Below, in pieces: positions 18,061-27,163 of a stretch of 64,000 bases of DNA (position 1 is the first letter of the stretch; each line of letters begins with the position of its first letter). This DNA comes from a virus, in the IMG/VR virus record IMGVR_UViG_3300008261_000005. One strand, given 5' to 3'. The notes under the pieces are model-generated. The model ran no database searches and had not been told where the DNA came from. It saw only the letters and a list, made by a program, of their open reading frames with translations. The translations under genes and the position numbers were made by a program.

Positions 18061-18950
18061 TAGTAGATACATTACAAACAGACGGTAAAGGTGCTTTCTT
18101 TGAAGCAAAGTACGATGTACAGCCTCCTGGAGAAACAGAAATCCAAGTAGCAGCGGTTATGACTGGTATTTGTAGAAGTGACATTGATATGATGCAAGGA
18201 AAGTTTGCGTTATTGCCATCAAATATGCATGGTCACGAAGGATTGGGTCAAATTATTGAAATTGGTAATAAAGTAACTGATGTTAAAGTAGGAGACCTTG
18301 TGGCAACACGTGGCGAGCCTGCGTATGCGGATGTATATAATGTACGTGCTAGAGAATATGTTAAGGTACCCGAAGCTGATCCTAAATACATACTAGAACC
18401 AGTAGCATGCGGGATTAATATTATTCATCAACCCATTAGAGAAATTGCAGAACGAAGTGGGCCAGGTAAGAGATTGCTGATTATAGGCAGTGGCTTCCTT
18501 GCTTGGGTTGCGTATCATACAATTAAACTAAATCATTTAGATTTTGAAATCACAGTAAAAGGTAAAAGCAATAAACGTCAGTGGGGAGAACTGCTTTCTG
18601 AAGAATACACTGGAACCTTTGACGTTATTATTGATTTGGGTTCAGGCCCAGATGTATTTGATCAACCAATCGTAAACAACGAAGCGTTAATTGTGTTTGG
18701 AAATCAAAAGCAAGTAAACACTGATTTTGGTAATTTACTTTGGAAAGCATGTACTATTATGTTCCCTAGTCCAAGAACTGAAGGTTTTTATAAATGTATG
18801 CAAGATGCGGCTACTTGGATTGAAAACGGTGACATAATTGTTGATAGATTTTGGTCAAACGCATATCCTAGAGTATCACAGTGGGAACAAGCATTTGAAG
18901 AAAGTATTAATCGAAAAGCCAATCAAAGCAGAGGCTACTTACTTTGGTAA
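18057..18950 (+). CDS. medium-chain (Zn) alcohol/polyol dehydrogenase family protein
   Basis: GICRSD and GHEGLG catalytic-Zn motifs, EPVAC, IGSGFLA. Confidence 0.8.
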   Translation: MIVDTLQTDGKGAFFEAKYDVQPPGETEIQVAAVMTGICRSDIDMMQGKFALLPSNMHGHEGLGQIIEIGNKVTDVKVGDLVATRGEPAYADVYNVRAREYVKVPEADPKYILEPVACGINIIHQPIREIAERSGPGKRLLIIGSGFLAWVAYHTIKLNHLDFEITVKGKSNKRQWGELLSEEYTGTFDVIIDLGSGPDVFDQPIVNNEALIVFGNQKQVNTDFGNLLWKACTIMFPSPRTEGFYKCMQDAATWIENGDIIVDRFWSNAYPRVSQWEQAFEESINRKANQSRGYLLW

Positions 18951-18958
18951 AATTGGAT

Positions 18959-18987
18959 TTGACTTTATATATTAATTATTATATACT
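18959..18987 (+). promoter_or_regulatory. sigma70-type promoter
   Basis: TTGACT-17-TATACT. Confidence 0.7.
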
Positions 18988-18993
18988 TACAAC

Positions 18994-19530
18994 ATGTTAG
19001 ATACACAACAAAGACAAGACGTCACATATTTTACAGGCTACGAAGTAGAGCATACTGTTTGTCATGGCATGTTCACTTTGTTTGTTGTAGGCACACCTCC
19101 TTTAGAAGACATACTTCGTAAGGCAGGGGATACACAAGCATACTTGGACGAAAGCAAACGTATTAAACATATTTACTTTGGCACTAGTCAAAGTTTTAAT
19201 CCTAAAAGTATTAGCCACGAAGAATATAAAGCATGGGATGAAGTTATTATTGGCTGTTTAAAAGCAGACTATTGGGTTACTTTAGACTTTGGTGTTGAAC
19301 ACATTGAAGGTGTATTGGAATCAGCATATAACGAATATCCTCGATTTGTTCCCATGATTAGTGTCAAGTTACCTTACATTAATCAACTCAACTATAATGC
19401 CACACTTAAACTGGACGACCGAACTTGGGGTGCTACAAATCCAGGTGTGTGGACACATCACTTACAGAGCTTGATGAGTAAAGACAAGTACACTCATTGG
19501 GATCAGTACACACAAGATACAACACTATGA
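18994..19530 (+). CDS. hypothetical protein in the deazaguanine locus
   Basis: 178 aa ORF coupled (ATGA overlap) to the QueD-like gene; HIYFG, VTLD and NPGVW segments. Confidence 0.6.
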   Translation: MLDTQQRQDVTYFTGYEVEHTVCHGMFTLFVVGTPPLEDILRKAGDTQAYLDESKRIKHIYFGTSQSFNPKSISHEEYKAWDEVIIGCLKADYWVTLDFGVEHIEGVLESAYNEYPRFVPMISVKLPYINQLNYNATLKLDDRTWGATNPGVWTHHLQSLMSKDKYTHWDQYTQDTTL

Positions 19531-19922
19531 TTCTTAAACAAGATATACGGCCGCTTAAAATGATTTGGGTCACATTTCAAAAGGAAGGCATCCATTGCTA
19601 TCCTGCGGCCGCAACAGACCCTAACCTAGCAACAGGAGATCAATATGATGTATCGTTTCTTGCTAATCCTCATCGTCATATTTTCCATTTTAGGGTATGG
19701 CTTAGTGTCACCCACAATGACAGAGATGTGGAATTCATACAATTCAAGCGATGGCTTGAACAACTGTATTCTAGCGCACAAGGTGTTTTGTCGCTAGATC
19801 ATAAGAGTTGCGAAATGATGTCGGACGAATTGTACGACACTATTTCCAATAAGTATCCAGGCCGTGAGGTTTGGATTGAGGTCTCCGAAGACGGAGAAAA
19901 TGGTTCATTTATTAAGTACTAA
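19527..19922 (+). CDS. QueD-like T-fold protein with LxxxHRHxF motif (DpdL-like)
   Basis: EGIHCY, LANPHRHIF replacing QueD CxxxHGH, KSCEM, VSEDGENG. Confidence 0.7.
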   Translation: MILKQDIRPLKMIWVTFQKEGIHCYPAAATDPNLATGDQYDVSFLANPHRHIFHFRVWLSVTHNDRDVEFIQFKRWLEQLYSSAQGVLSLDHKSCEMMSDELYDTISNKYPGREVWIEVSEDGENGSFIKY

Positions 19923-19941
19923 AATTAAAGGAAATACTCCT

Positions 19942-20181
19942 ATGAAAAACGAAGTCGTTAAGATTTTTGATGACCTGGACAACTATCTCGACTTTTGTCG
20001 CTTTGAGTTGCGTAACTATAACCCAGCCGACCTTTATAATAGGGAAAGTCAAAATTGGCGAGATTTTGAGTACAGCCGTCGACCTAAGAAGGCATGGAAC
20101 GGTGAACGTAAACCTTATTTGGGCAAGAATCCTCGTCCACATAATCCAAATTTTAACAGCAAACCAAGGTTCAAAGACTGA
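19942..20181 (+). CDS. small hypothetical protein
   Basis: 79 aa from the ATG after an AAGGA RBS; stop overlaps the glycosyltransferase start. Confidence 0.55.
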   Translation: MKNEVVKIFDDLDNYLDFCRFELRNYNPADLYNRESQNWRDFEYSRRPKKAWNGERKPYLGKNPRPHNPNFNSKPRFKD

Positions 20182-21254
20182 TGAAAGTCTTTTTAGTCGA
20201 CCTTGAAGCAGTTGACACACGGTACACTGGTCAATGGAAAACTAGTGTACCCAAACTACTTAAAAAGGCAGGACACAATGTTCAAATTATCTCTGGTCCT
20301 ATGGACATACCTAGTGCTACCACTCCAGGAGCGTTTCTTAACTTTGGCGGGACTAATATATACAAGGCTAGTCAAGTTGAGCAGATGGGTCGTTTATTTT
20401 GTAACGGAGCCGTTCATTCCGGCGATCACTTTATCTTTACTGATGCTTGGCATCCTGGTATCATAAACTTAAAGTACATGAGTGAGTTGCTAGGTATTCC
20501 GGTAACTACACACGGCTTATGGCATGCTGGATCATATGATCCACAAGACTTTCTTGGACGCTTGGTTGGTGCTAAACCTTGGGTTAGACATGCTGAGAAA
20601 AGTTTCTTCCATTCATTTGATTATAACTACTTTGCTACAGAGTTTCATATTAACATGTTTACTGAAAACTTGTTCCATGATACTCTTACTCCACCAAACT
20701 ATTATACTAATCAAAGTAAAATTATACGCACAGGATGGCCCATGGAGTATATGGAAGATACGTTAACAATGTATAAGAACATGCCCAAGCGTGATCTTAT
20801 CTTATTCCCACATCGTATTGCTCCAGAAAAACAAGTTAATATTTTTAGAGATTTAAAAGAACACTTACCACAATATGAATTTGTCGTATGTCAAGATCAA
20901 CAACTGACTAAAAATGAATATCATAATTTATTGGGTGAGGCAAAACTAGTGTTTAGTGCTAATTTGCAAGAAACATTAGGCATTAGTTGTTATGAAGGCA
21001 CTGTTGTAGATGCAATTCCAATGGTTCCTGACAGACTAAGTTACAAAGAAATGTACTTGGACACATTTAAGTATCCAAGTAAGTGGACCGAAAGCTGGGA
21101 CGCATATAATGTATATCGTCCTAATTTGTGTAAAGAAATTATACAGCATATGGATAATTACAGAACTAGGATTCCACAAATTAGAAAACAAAAGGATATC
21201 TTAAATGAACAGTTCTTTAGCGCCAGAGACTTACTCAATAACATTAAACAGTGA
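20181..21254 (+). CDS. GT-B fold glycosyltransferase (GT4-like)
   Basis: LFPHRIAPEK and ANLQETLGISCYEG (E-x7-E) C-terminal GT-B motifs. Confidence 0.75.
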   Translation: MKVFLVDLEAVDTRYTGQWKTSVPKLLKKAGHNVQIISGPMDIPSATTPGAFLNFGGTNIYKASQVEQMGRLFCNGAVHSGDHFIFTDAWHPGIINLKYMSELLGIPVTTHGLWHAGSYDPQDFLGRLVGAKPWVRHAEKSFFHSFDYNYFATEFHINMFTENLFHDTLTPPNYYTNQSKIIRTGWPMEYMEDTLTMYKNMPKRDLILFPHRIAPEKQVNIFRDLKEHLPQYEFVVCQDQQLTKNEYHNLLGEAKLVFSANLQETLGISCYEGTVVDAIPMVPDRLSYKEMYLDTFKYPSKWTESWDAYNVYRPNLCKEIIQHMDNYRTRIPQIRKQKDILNEQFFSARDLLNNIKQ

Positions 21255-21570
21255 CACAATTGACTTGTCGTCAATAACAAGTGCCAATACTGTAACTATA
21301 GACACTTCCGTGTTTGCTGGAAGTTATACACTTGCAAGCGGAAGTATTAGTACAATCTCTCCTTTAGATACTATTACTATTGGTGGATCAGATAATTGGA
21401 GTTTTAATTTACCAATTGAATGGGTTGATAGTTTCCCTAGCTACTCAGAAGTTGAAAAAATGTGTAAGGAATATCCTGCTTTAAAAATTGCATTTGAAAA
21501 ATTCAAACAAACTTATGCAATGATTGAGGACGATTGGGAAGCAAAGAAAGGCAATAAATATGCTTCTTAA
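21205..21570 (+). CDS. hypothetical protein
   Basis: S/T-rich N-terminus, helical C-terminus (MCKEYPALKIAFEKFK); start uncertain. Confidence 0.5.
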   Translation: MNSSLAPETYSITLNSDTIDLSSITSANTVTIDTSVFAGSYTLASGSISTISPLDTITIGGSDNWSFNLPIEWVDSFPSYSEVEKMCKEYPALKIAFEKFKQTYAMIEDDWEAKKGNKYAS

Positions 21571-22015
21571 ATTTTTAGAACACATTGGACGTAAACGTAT
21601 TATTATGGATCGCCAAAACGGTGCTCCACTTATCACACGTTACTATTTGTTCCTAAAGGATCGTAACTGGTTTCCGTTTAACATATTTTTACACAAGTTT
21701 CATCAGTCAGATCCTGGCGATGTACATGATCATCCGTGGCCTTATGCTACACTGATTTTAAAAGGCGGATACTATGAATGGATTCCGTTATTTGACGAGC
21801 AAGGTAATATGTCAGGTGAAATGTGTAAATGGCGAGGTCCAGGACATTTTCGTATATGTAGTGCTAACAGCTATCATCGTATTGAGCTTGATCCTAACGT
21901 AACTGCGTGGACATTGTTCATGCCAGGTCCACAAAAACAAGAATGGGGATTCCTTGTTAAAAATAAATGGATACATAATGAGCTATATCTTGAAGAACGC
22001 AAACAACATAGCTAA
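21560..22015 (+). CDS. cupin-fold protein
   Basis: HKFHQSD...HDHPW...ILKGGYYE...YHRI...WTLF cupin metal-binding pattern. Confidence 0.65.
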   Translation: MLLKFLEHIGRKRIIMDRQNGAPLITRYYLFLKDRNWFPFNIFLHKFHQSDPGDVHDHPWPYATLILKGGYYEWIPLFDEQGNMSGEMCKWRGPGHFRICSANSYHRIELDPNVTAWTLFMPGPQKQEWGFLVKNKWIHNELYLEERKQHS

Positions 22016-22346
22016 TACTACTAGTGGTGGCTACGTTTATACAACTACCAATACATCAGGACAGTTTTTAACAAGTGGGTCTAACGGTACAACGTGGACT
22101 AATCCAAATGACAATGTTATGATTGTTAAACAAACTCCGCCAGAATTAGAAGTTAAAGGTCGAATGGTTATTAACGGCCGTGACTTGGAAGAACGGTTAA
22201 ACACAATTGAAAAAGTCTTGCAAATTCCCGAAAGAGATGTTATACTTGAAAAGAAATATCCAAAACTAAAAAAGATGTATGACGAATACATAAATGCATT
22301 GGGTAAGTATAGAACATTTGAATCAATTAAAGGCGATCATGACTGA
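21978..22346 (+). CDS. hypothetical protein
   Basis: T/S/N-rich N-terminus, coiled C-terminus; start uncertain. Confidence 0.5.
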   Translation: MSYILKNANNIANTTSGGYVYTTTNTSGQFLTSGSNGTTWTNPNDNVMIVKQTPPELEVKGRMVINGRDLEERLNTIEKVLQIPERDVILEKKYPKLKKMYDEYINALGKYRTFESIKGDHD

Positions 22347-22566
22347 TAAACCAAAAGCAACTAAAATCGAATTTGCACCAGGCTGCTTTGATAATTTTGA
22401 TGGCACACAAGAAGAACTTGACGAACTTGTTTCTGAAATTCATCGTATGTTCAAAAGTGGAGAACTTGAAGAAAACTCCCATGAGGTAGATATAGAAGAT
22501 TTAGATGAAGACATTGTTGAAGCAATTATGCGTTCAGAAGAAGATGATAATCGTAATTTACAGTAA
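22339..22566 (+). CDS. small highly acidic protein
   Basis: 75 aa, about 24 Asp/Glu by hand count. Confidence 0.55.
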   Translation: MTDKPKATKIEFAPGCFDNFDGTQEELDELVSEIHRMFKSGELEENSHEVDIEDLDEDIVEAIMRSEEDDNRNLQ

Positions 22567-22574
22567 GGCACTTA

Positions 22575-23126
22575 ATGAAAAAGGTTTACTATAGCTGGAG
22601 TCAAATTGAAGGTGCTTGTTTAGATATTGCTAGACAGCTACAGCAAGACAACTGGCGTCCAGATTATATTGTAGGTATCACACGTGGCGGTGCTGTGCCA
22701 GCAGTACTGCTTAGTCAATATATGGGAATTCCCATGCGTCCATTACAAGTAAGTTTACGTGATGGTGGAGATTGTGTAAGCGACTTAGGCATGGCTGAAG
22801 ATGCATTTGGTTGTGTCCCTAGTGAAGTACGAGAATCCACTGGCACGTTTGTTGATCCGGCTTACAGAAAAAAAATTCTTATTGTAGACGACATTAATGA
22901 TCAAGGTAGCACTATTGCCTGGATCAAACAAGACTGGCCAAGTGGCTGTCATCCCGATCACGATTTTTGGAATCACGTGTGGGGAGGCAATGTTCGATTT
23001 GCTACACTAACTAACAATATGGCAAGTAAAGAAACTGTTGACTACTCTGTTTGGGAAGTCAACAAAGCAGAAGAGGACTGTTGGTTAGTTTATCCTTGGG
23101 AAGAGTTTTGGCGCAATGACAACTGA
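22575..23126 (+). CDS. type I phosphoribosyltransferase (Gpt-like)
   Basis: IVGITRGG and PRPP-binding LIVDDINDQGST; ends with the WLVYPWE motif seen in Gpt. Confidence 0.8.
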   Translation: MKKVYYSWSQIEGACLDIARQLQQDNWRPDYIVGITRGGAVPAVLLSQYMGIPMRPLQVSLRDGGDCVSDLGMAEDAFGCVPSEVRESTGTFVDPAYRKKILIVDDINDQGSTIAWIKQDWPSGCHPDHDFWNHVWGGNVRFATLTNNMASKETVDYSVWEVNKAEEDCWLVYPWEEFWRNDN

Positions 23127-23496
23127 TATTGAAAGGGCACTTGATGAAAAACGAGCACCGTGGACCGGTATTGAATACCGAACTAAAGACTATTGGGTCT
23201 TCCGAGATGCATACCCAGTTACGGAAGGACATCTGTTATTTGTGCCTACCAAAGAAGACTGGGACCATCTCTGGGATTGTTACAAAGCCGCATACAAATT
23301 TGGTTACATGGGCGTCGAGTCGGGCAGGTGGGACGCTTTTAATGTCGGACAAAACTGTGGCGAGGCTGCTGGACAAACAATAATGTATCCACATGTACAT
23401 ATGATTCCTAGACGCAAGGGTGATATGGAAGATCCACGTGGAGGTGTTAGACATGTTATTCCAGAAAAAGGAAACTATCGTGTTAGCGACAAATGA
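23116..23496 (+). CDS. HIT-family nucleotide hydrolase
   Basis: DAYPVTEGHLLFVP, NVGQNCGEAAGQT, YPHVHMIPR (first His of the triad replaced by Tyr). Confidence 0.85.
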   Translation: MTTDIERALDEKRAPWTGIEYRTKDYWVFRDAYPVTEGHLLFVPTKEDWDHLWDCYKAAYKFGYMGVESGRWDAFNVGQNCGEAAGQTIMYPHVHMIPRRKGDMEDPRGGVRHVIPEKGNYRVSDK

Positions 23497-23689
23497 GAAT
23501 CAAGTAGCAGTATTATGGGACAACCAAAATGGTTTTTGGTGGAATGAAACATGTGCTCTAGTACTAGAAGTATTTGGATTGCCTGGAAACAGATACGAAT
23601 CTCATCCTGAAGAAGATTGCATGACCTTTACATTTAAAAATAAAAAAGATGCTGATTTATGTCGTATACTTTTGAGCGAACGACTATGA
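23420..23689 (+). CDS. small hypothetical protein
   Basis: FGLPGNRY...FTFKNKKDA pattern; true start probably downstream of 23420. Confidence 0.5.
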   Translation: MIWKIHVEVLDMLFQKKETIVLATNENQVAVLWDNQNGFWWNETCALVLEVFGLPGNRYESHPEEDCMTFTFKNKKDADLCRILLSERL

Positions 23690-23883
23690 AGGATATTATC
23701 ATTGTCATACTTGCCGTTACAATATTGAGTATCTTTGGATATATGATTATACAAAATCAACCTCAAGGTAGATATTACGATTGCGGAATGGCAGAATGGC
23801 ATCCAGATATTCCGCAATCAGTTAAAGAAGAATGCCGCAAGCGGCACTACGAAAACTATAAAAAAGATCGCAACATAATTTGA
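23686..23883 (+). CDS. small membrane-anchored protein
   Basis: N-terminal hydrophobic helix, then YDC...HPD...EEC. Confidence 0.55.
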   Translation: MKDIIIVILAVTILSIFGYMIIQNQPQGRYYDCGMAEWHPDIPQSVKEECRKRHYENYKKDRNII

Positions 23884-23895
23884 TGGAAACAACAT

Positions 23896-24003
23896 ATGAC
23901 TCTTAAAAATAAGATAGAAAATTTACTTGAAAAATATTGGTTAGAATATGTAATTTTCTGGTTTGGTATAGGGTTTGTTGTATCTTATGGATACTTTAGT
24001 TGA
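23896..24003 (+). CDS. 35-aa single-pass membrane peptide (not in ORF track)
   Basis: Hand translation MTLKNKIENLLEKYWLEYVIFWFGIGFVVSYGYFS fills an otherwise empty gap. Confidence 0.45.
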   Translation: MTLKNKIENLLEKYWLEYVIFWFGIGFVVSYGYFS

Positions 24004-24028
24004 CATTTGCCTAAATAATCTATATAAT
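24000..24028 (+). promoter_or_regulatory. sigma70-type promoter for folE-queE operon
   Basis: TTGACA-17-TATAAT; a TAAATA hexamer also lies in the spacer. Confidence 0.8.
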
Positions 24029-24051
24029 GTACAAATGATCGGAGAATTAAC

Positions 24052-24822
24052 TTGACAACATTTACAACAGAAGACTTGAAGAACGCACTTACCGGTGCAG
24101 AACAACAAGGCGACGACAACAAAGATTACAAAGAAGCATACTTAGGCGATCATATTCGTTTTAAGATGAAACGTGAAGGTAAACGTTTTTGGGCAGGTGA
24201 TAACATCAGTGAATACTTGCACGAAGGTGATATAGAAAAATTAATTGACGAAGCAACACCTGCATTTGAGCAAGTGCTTGATAGTTTACTTATTGATAGA
24301 GAAAACGATCCTAATAGCAAAGGCACAGCACGTAGACTTGCTAAGATGTATTTTAACGAAATTATGGCAGGTAGATATGAATCAGCACCAGACGCAACAT
24401 GTTTTCCAAATGATTCGGCGGACCGTTATGAAGGCATGCTGGTTGTTCGTAGCGAGCTTCGCAGTATGTGTAGCCATCATCACCAACCCGTTACTGGCGT
24501 TGCTTATATTGGTATTATTGCGGCTGAGAAACTCATCGGACTTAGCAAGTATACAAGGATCGCTCAGTGGTGTGCCCGTCGAGGTACTCTCCAGGAGGAA
24601 CTTTGCAATGACATTGCTAGGGAAATCAGCCGAGCAACAAATTCCAAAAACGTAGCAGTATACATTCAAGCAACACACGGTTGCTGTGAGAATCGCGGCA
24701 TTATGGCACATAGTTCATTAACACAGACAACTGTACTTACTGGTTCATTTAAAACTGATCCAGGTGCTAAGAAAGAGTTTTTTGATAACATTAAATTACA
24801 ACAGGAGTTTGCCCCAAGATGA
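24052..24822 (+). CDS. folE: GTP cyclohydrolase I
   Basis: SMCSHHH, IGLSKYTRI, QEEL, HGCCENRG; TTG start after GGAG. Confidence 0.93.
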   Translation: MTTFTTEDLKNALTGAEQQGDDNKDYKEAYLGDHIRFKMKREGKRFWAGDNISEYLHEGDIEKLIDEATPAFEQVLDSLLIDRENDPNSKGTARRLAKMYFNEIMAGRYESAPDATCFPNDSADRYEGMLVVRSELRSMCSHHHQPVTGVAYIGIIAAEKLIGLSKYTRIAQWCARRGTLQEELCNDIAREISRATNSKNVAVYIQATHGCCENRGIMAHSSLTQTTVLTGSFKTDPGAKKEFFDNIKLQQEFAPR

Positions 24823-25037
24823 CAACAGCTAAAGACTTAACTGATCAATTAATTTTCCGTGCAAAGAATTTACAAGAATTTATTGTAGAGAGAGAATTCG
24901 ATCACATACCAGCAGGTGTGGTTAAATTTGATATACAACATACAGTTGGACATCCAGCACGTATTTTTGTTCCGGCGTTAACGCAAGACGAAGCAGAAAC
25001 AATGGTTGACGAATGGTTTGAGGAAGATGTAGAATGA
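24819..25037 (+). CDS. hypothetical protein
   Basis: 72 aa, ATGA-coupled on both sides. Confidence 0.55.
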   Translation: MTTAKDLTDQLIFRAKNLQEFIVEREFDHIPAGVVKFDIQHTVGHPARIFVPALTQDEAETMVDEWFEEDVE

Positions 25038-25366
25038 AATGGTTTGATAAATGGTTATATACCAAAGTTCGAGACATGTGGGAAAATAGAGACCACTACG
25101 ATCAAATAAATTCAACAGTATGGTTACAGGATAAACATAAAATGGCAATTGGTATGGGAACAGCAATGGTAGAACGTGGCCGTGCAGAAGGCGAAGGTCG
25201 CATTACATTTGAACTAAGCAATGCAGTTGGTGGTAAGATTCTCAATGTTCGACATTATGATGACCGTAAGGATCGACACGATCAACAAACTTATGTTATT
25301 CCCACTGGTGAAAATGTCGGTGAGCGTGTTGCTAAAATTATTAATTTAGAGATGTTCAAACAATGA
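25034..25366 (+). CDS. hypothetical protein
   Basis: 110 aa, ATGA-coupled. Confidence 0.55.
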   Translation: MKWFDKWLYTKVRDMWENRDHYDQINSTVWLQDKHKMAIGMGTAMVERGRAEGEGRITFELSNAVGGKILNVRHYDDRKDRHDQQTYVIPTGENVGERVAKIINLEMFKQ

Positions 25367-25752
25367 AAGCCCAAACTCCAGCAGAAGGTATTTTGAAGCA
25401 AAACGATTGGGGCGATTCAAAAGTTTATCGAGTTGCTTGCGAATGTTCTAATACAGATTGTGATCACAATGTCTGGGTAGAGTCTGATGATACAGGTATT
25501 TCTGTTAACATCTATGTTACTACTAGAACAAACTTTTGGTCAAAGTCACGCTGGACACATATTTGGACATTACTTACCAAAGGGTATATTGATACCGAAT
25601 CGACTATTTGTTTGAAAGAGCAACAAACAATTAATTATGCTCAAACTCTTGTAACTGCATCAGCAGACGTTAAAGAGTTTCGTAATACTAGACAAAATAA
25701 AGAAGAACGTGCTATAATAACAAAAATGGCAAAAGAACAGGATTGTGTATGA
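25363..25752 (+). CDS. hypothetical protein
   Basis: 129 aa with a CECxxxxC motif. Confidence 0.55.
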   Translation: MKAQTPAEGILKQNDWGDSKVYRVACECSNTDCDHNVWVESDDTGISVNIYVTTRTNFWSKSRWTHIWTLLTKGYIDTESTICLKEQQTINYAQTLVTASADVKEFRNTRQNKEERAIITKMAKEQDCV

Positions 25753-26615
25753 GTAAAATTAAAATAGCGGAACTGTTTTACAGTATCCAAGGTGAAGGAC
25801 GCTACATGGGTGTCCCGTCTGTGTTTCTGCGTACATTTGGGTGTAACTTTAAATGCGCAGGCTTTGGCATGCCACGTGGTGAAGTCAGTCACGAAGCTAC
25901 TGACATTGCGGCAACACACAAAATGATTGAGTCTTTTCAAAAGTATGAAGACTTGCCGCTTGTAAGCACAGGTTGTGACAGCTATGCATCATGGATGCCA
26001 GAGTTTAAAGATCTAAGTCCAATGTTAGAAAGTAACGCTATTGTAAATCGTATTATGGAGATACTTCCGCACAAGCGTTGGGAAGATGAGCATCTAGTTA
26101 TTACAGGCGGAGAGCCGTTGTTAGGTTGGCAACGTGCTTATCCAGATTTGTTAGATCATCCTAGTATGTGGCGTCTTAGAGAAATTACTTTTGAAACAAA
26201 CGGTACTCAAAAATTAACTCCAGAATTTGCTTCATATTTGCATACTTGGAAAAGTCATCATGATCAAGATTTTTGGCGTGAGATTACATTTAGTGTAAGT
26301 GCTAAACTTCCTTGTAGTGGCGAGAAGTGGGAAGAAGCAATCTGTCCTGAGATTGTATGTGAGTACGAAGAGTATGGTACAGCATATTTAAAATTTGTTA
26401 TTGCTACAGAACAAGACTTTGCCGATGCAGAACGTGCTACTGAAGAATATCGTAAAGCAGGTTTCACTGGACATGTTTATCTAATGCCAGTTGGCGGTGT
26501 AGAAAGTGTGTATGCATTAAACAATCGTAAGGTGGCCGATCTTGCTATGAAACGTGGATGGCGTTATAGTGACAGATTACAAGTGCCACTATTTAAAAAT
26601 GAGTGGGGTACCTAA
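25749..26615 (+). CDS. queE: 7-carboxy-7-deazaguanine synthase (radical SAM)
   Basis: ELFYSIQGEG, FLRTFGCNFKC...GCDS (CX3CX39C), ITGGEP, FETNGT, RLQVPLF. Confidence 0.88.
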   Translation: MSKIKIAELFYSIQGEGRYMGVPSVFLRTFGCNFKCAGFGMPRGEVSHEATDIAATHKMIESFQKYEDLPLVSTGCDSYASWMPEFKDLSPMLESNAIVNRIMEILPHKRWEDEHLVITGGEPLLGWQRAYPDLLDHPSMWRLREITFETNGTQKLTPEFASYLHTWKSHHDQDFWREITFSVSAKLPCSGEKWEEAICPEIVCEYEEYGTAYLKFVIATEQDFADAERATEEYRKAGFTGHVYLMPVGGVESVYALNNRKVADLAMKRGWRYSDRLQVPLFKNEWGT

Positions 26616-27163
26616 TGGCAAAATTACTAGTACTCGGATGTGGTAAGAAAGAACGTCCAGGAAATCCTGGAGATACTATTGTTACTGTAGACATTAACGA
26701 AAATGTTGGTGCTGATGTAGTACACAACTTAGATGTATTTCCATGGCCGTTTGAGAGTGGTGAGTTTGATGTTGTACATTTAGACAATGTATTAGAACAT
26801 TTAAACAACATTGTTAAAACAATGGAAGAAATTCATCGCATAACCAAACCAGGTGCTACTGTTACTATTATTGTGCCGTATTTCCGCAGTAAATGGGCCT
26901 GCGTTGATCCAACACATGTTCACTTTTTTACAGTAGATACATTGAGCTATTTTGTAAAAGGACATACATATCATGAAAGATATGCATATAGTCCTTGTAA
27001 ATTTAAAATGCATCGCAAAACATTTAACGAAGGAATTGATCAAACTTGGTTCCAAAAATTGTTAATACCATTTGCTGAATCAAATTTAGAATTTTACGAG
27101 AATAAAATTAGTCCAATATTCCCGTTAGAAACATTAACATATCATATGGAAACGATAAAATGA
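26615..27163 (+). CDS. class I SAM-dependent methyltransferase (Methyltransf_11-like)
   Basis: LVLGCG, VDIN, NLDVFPWPF, NVLEHL, DPTHVHFF. Confidence 0.75.
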   Translation: MAKLLVLGCGKKERPGNPGDTIVTVDINENVGADVVHNLDVFPWPFESGEFDVVHLDNVLEHLNNIVKTMEEIHRITKPGATVTIIVPYFRSKWACVDPTHVHFFTVDTLSYFVKGHTYHERYAYSPCKFKMHRKTFNEGIDQTWFQKLLIPFAESNLEFYENKISPIFPLETLTYHMETIK

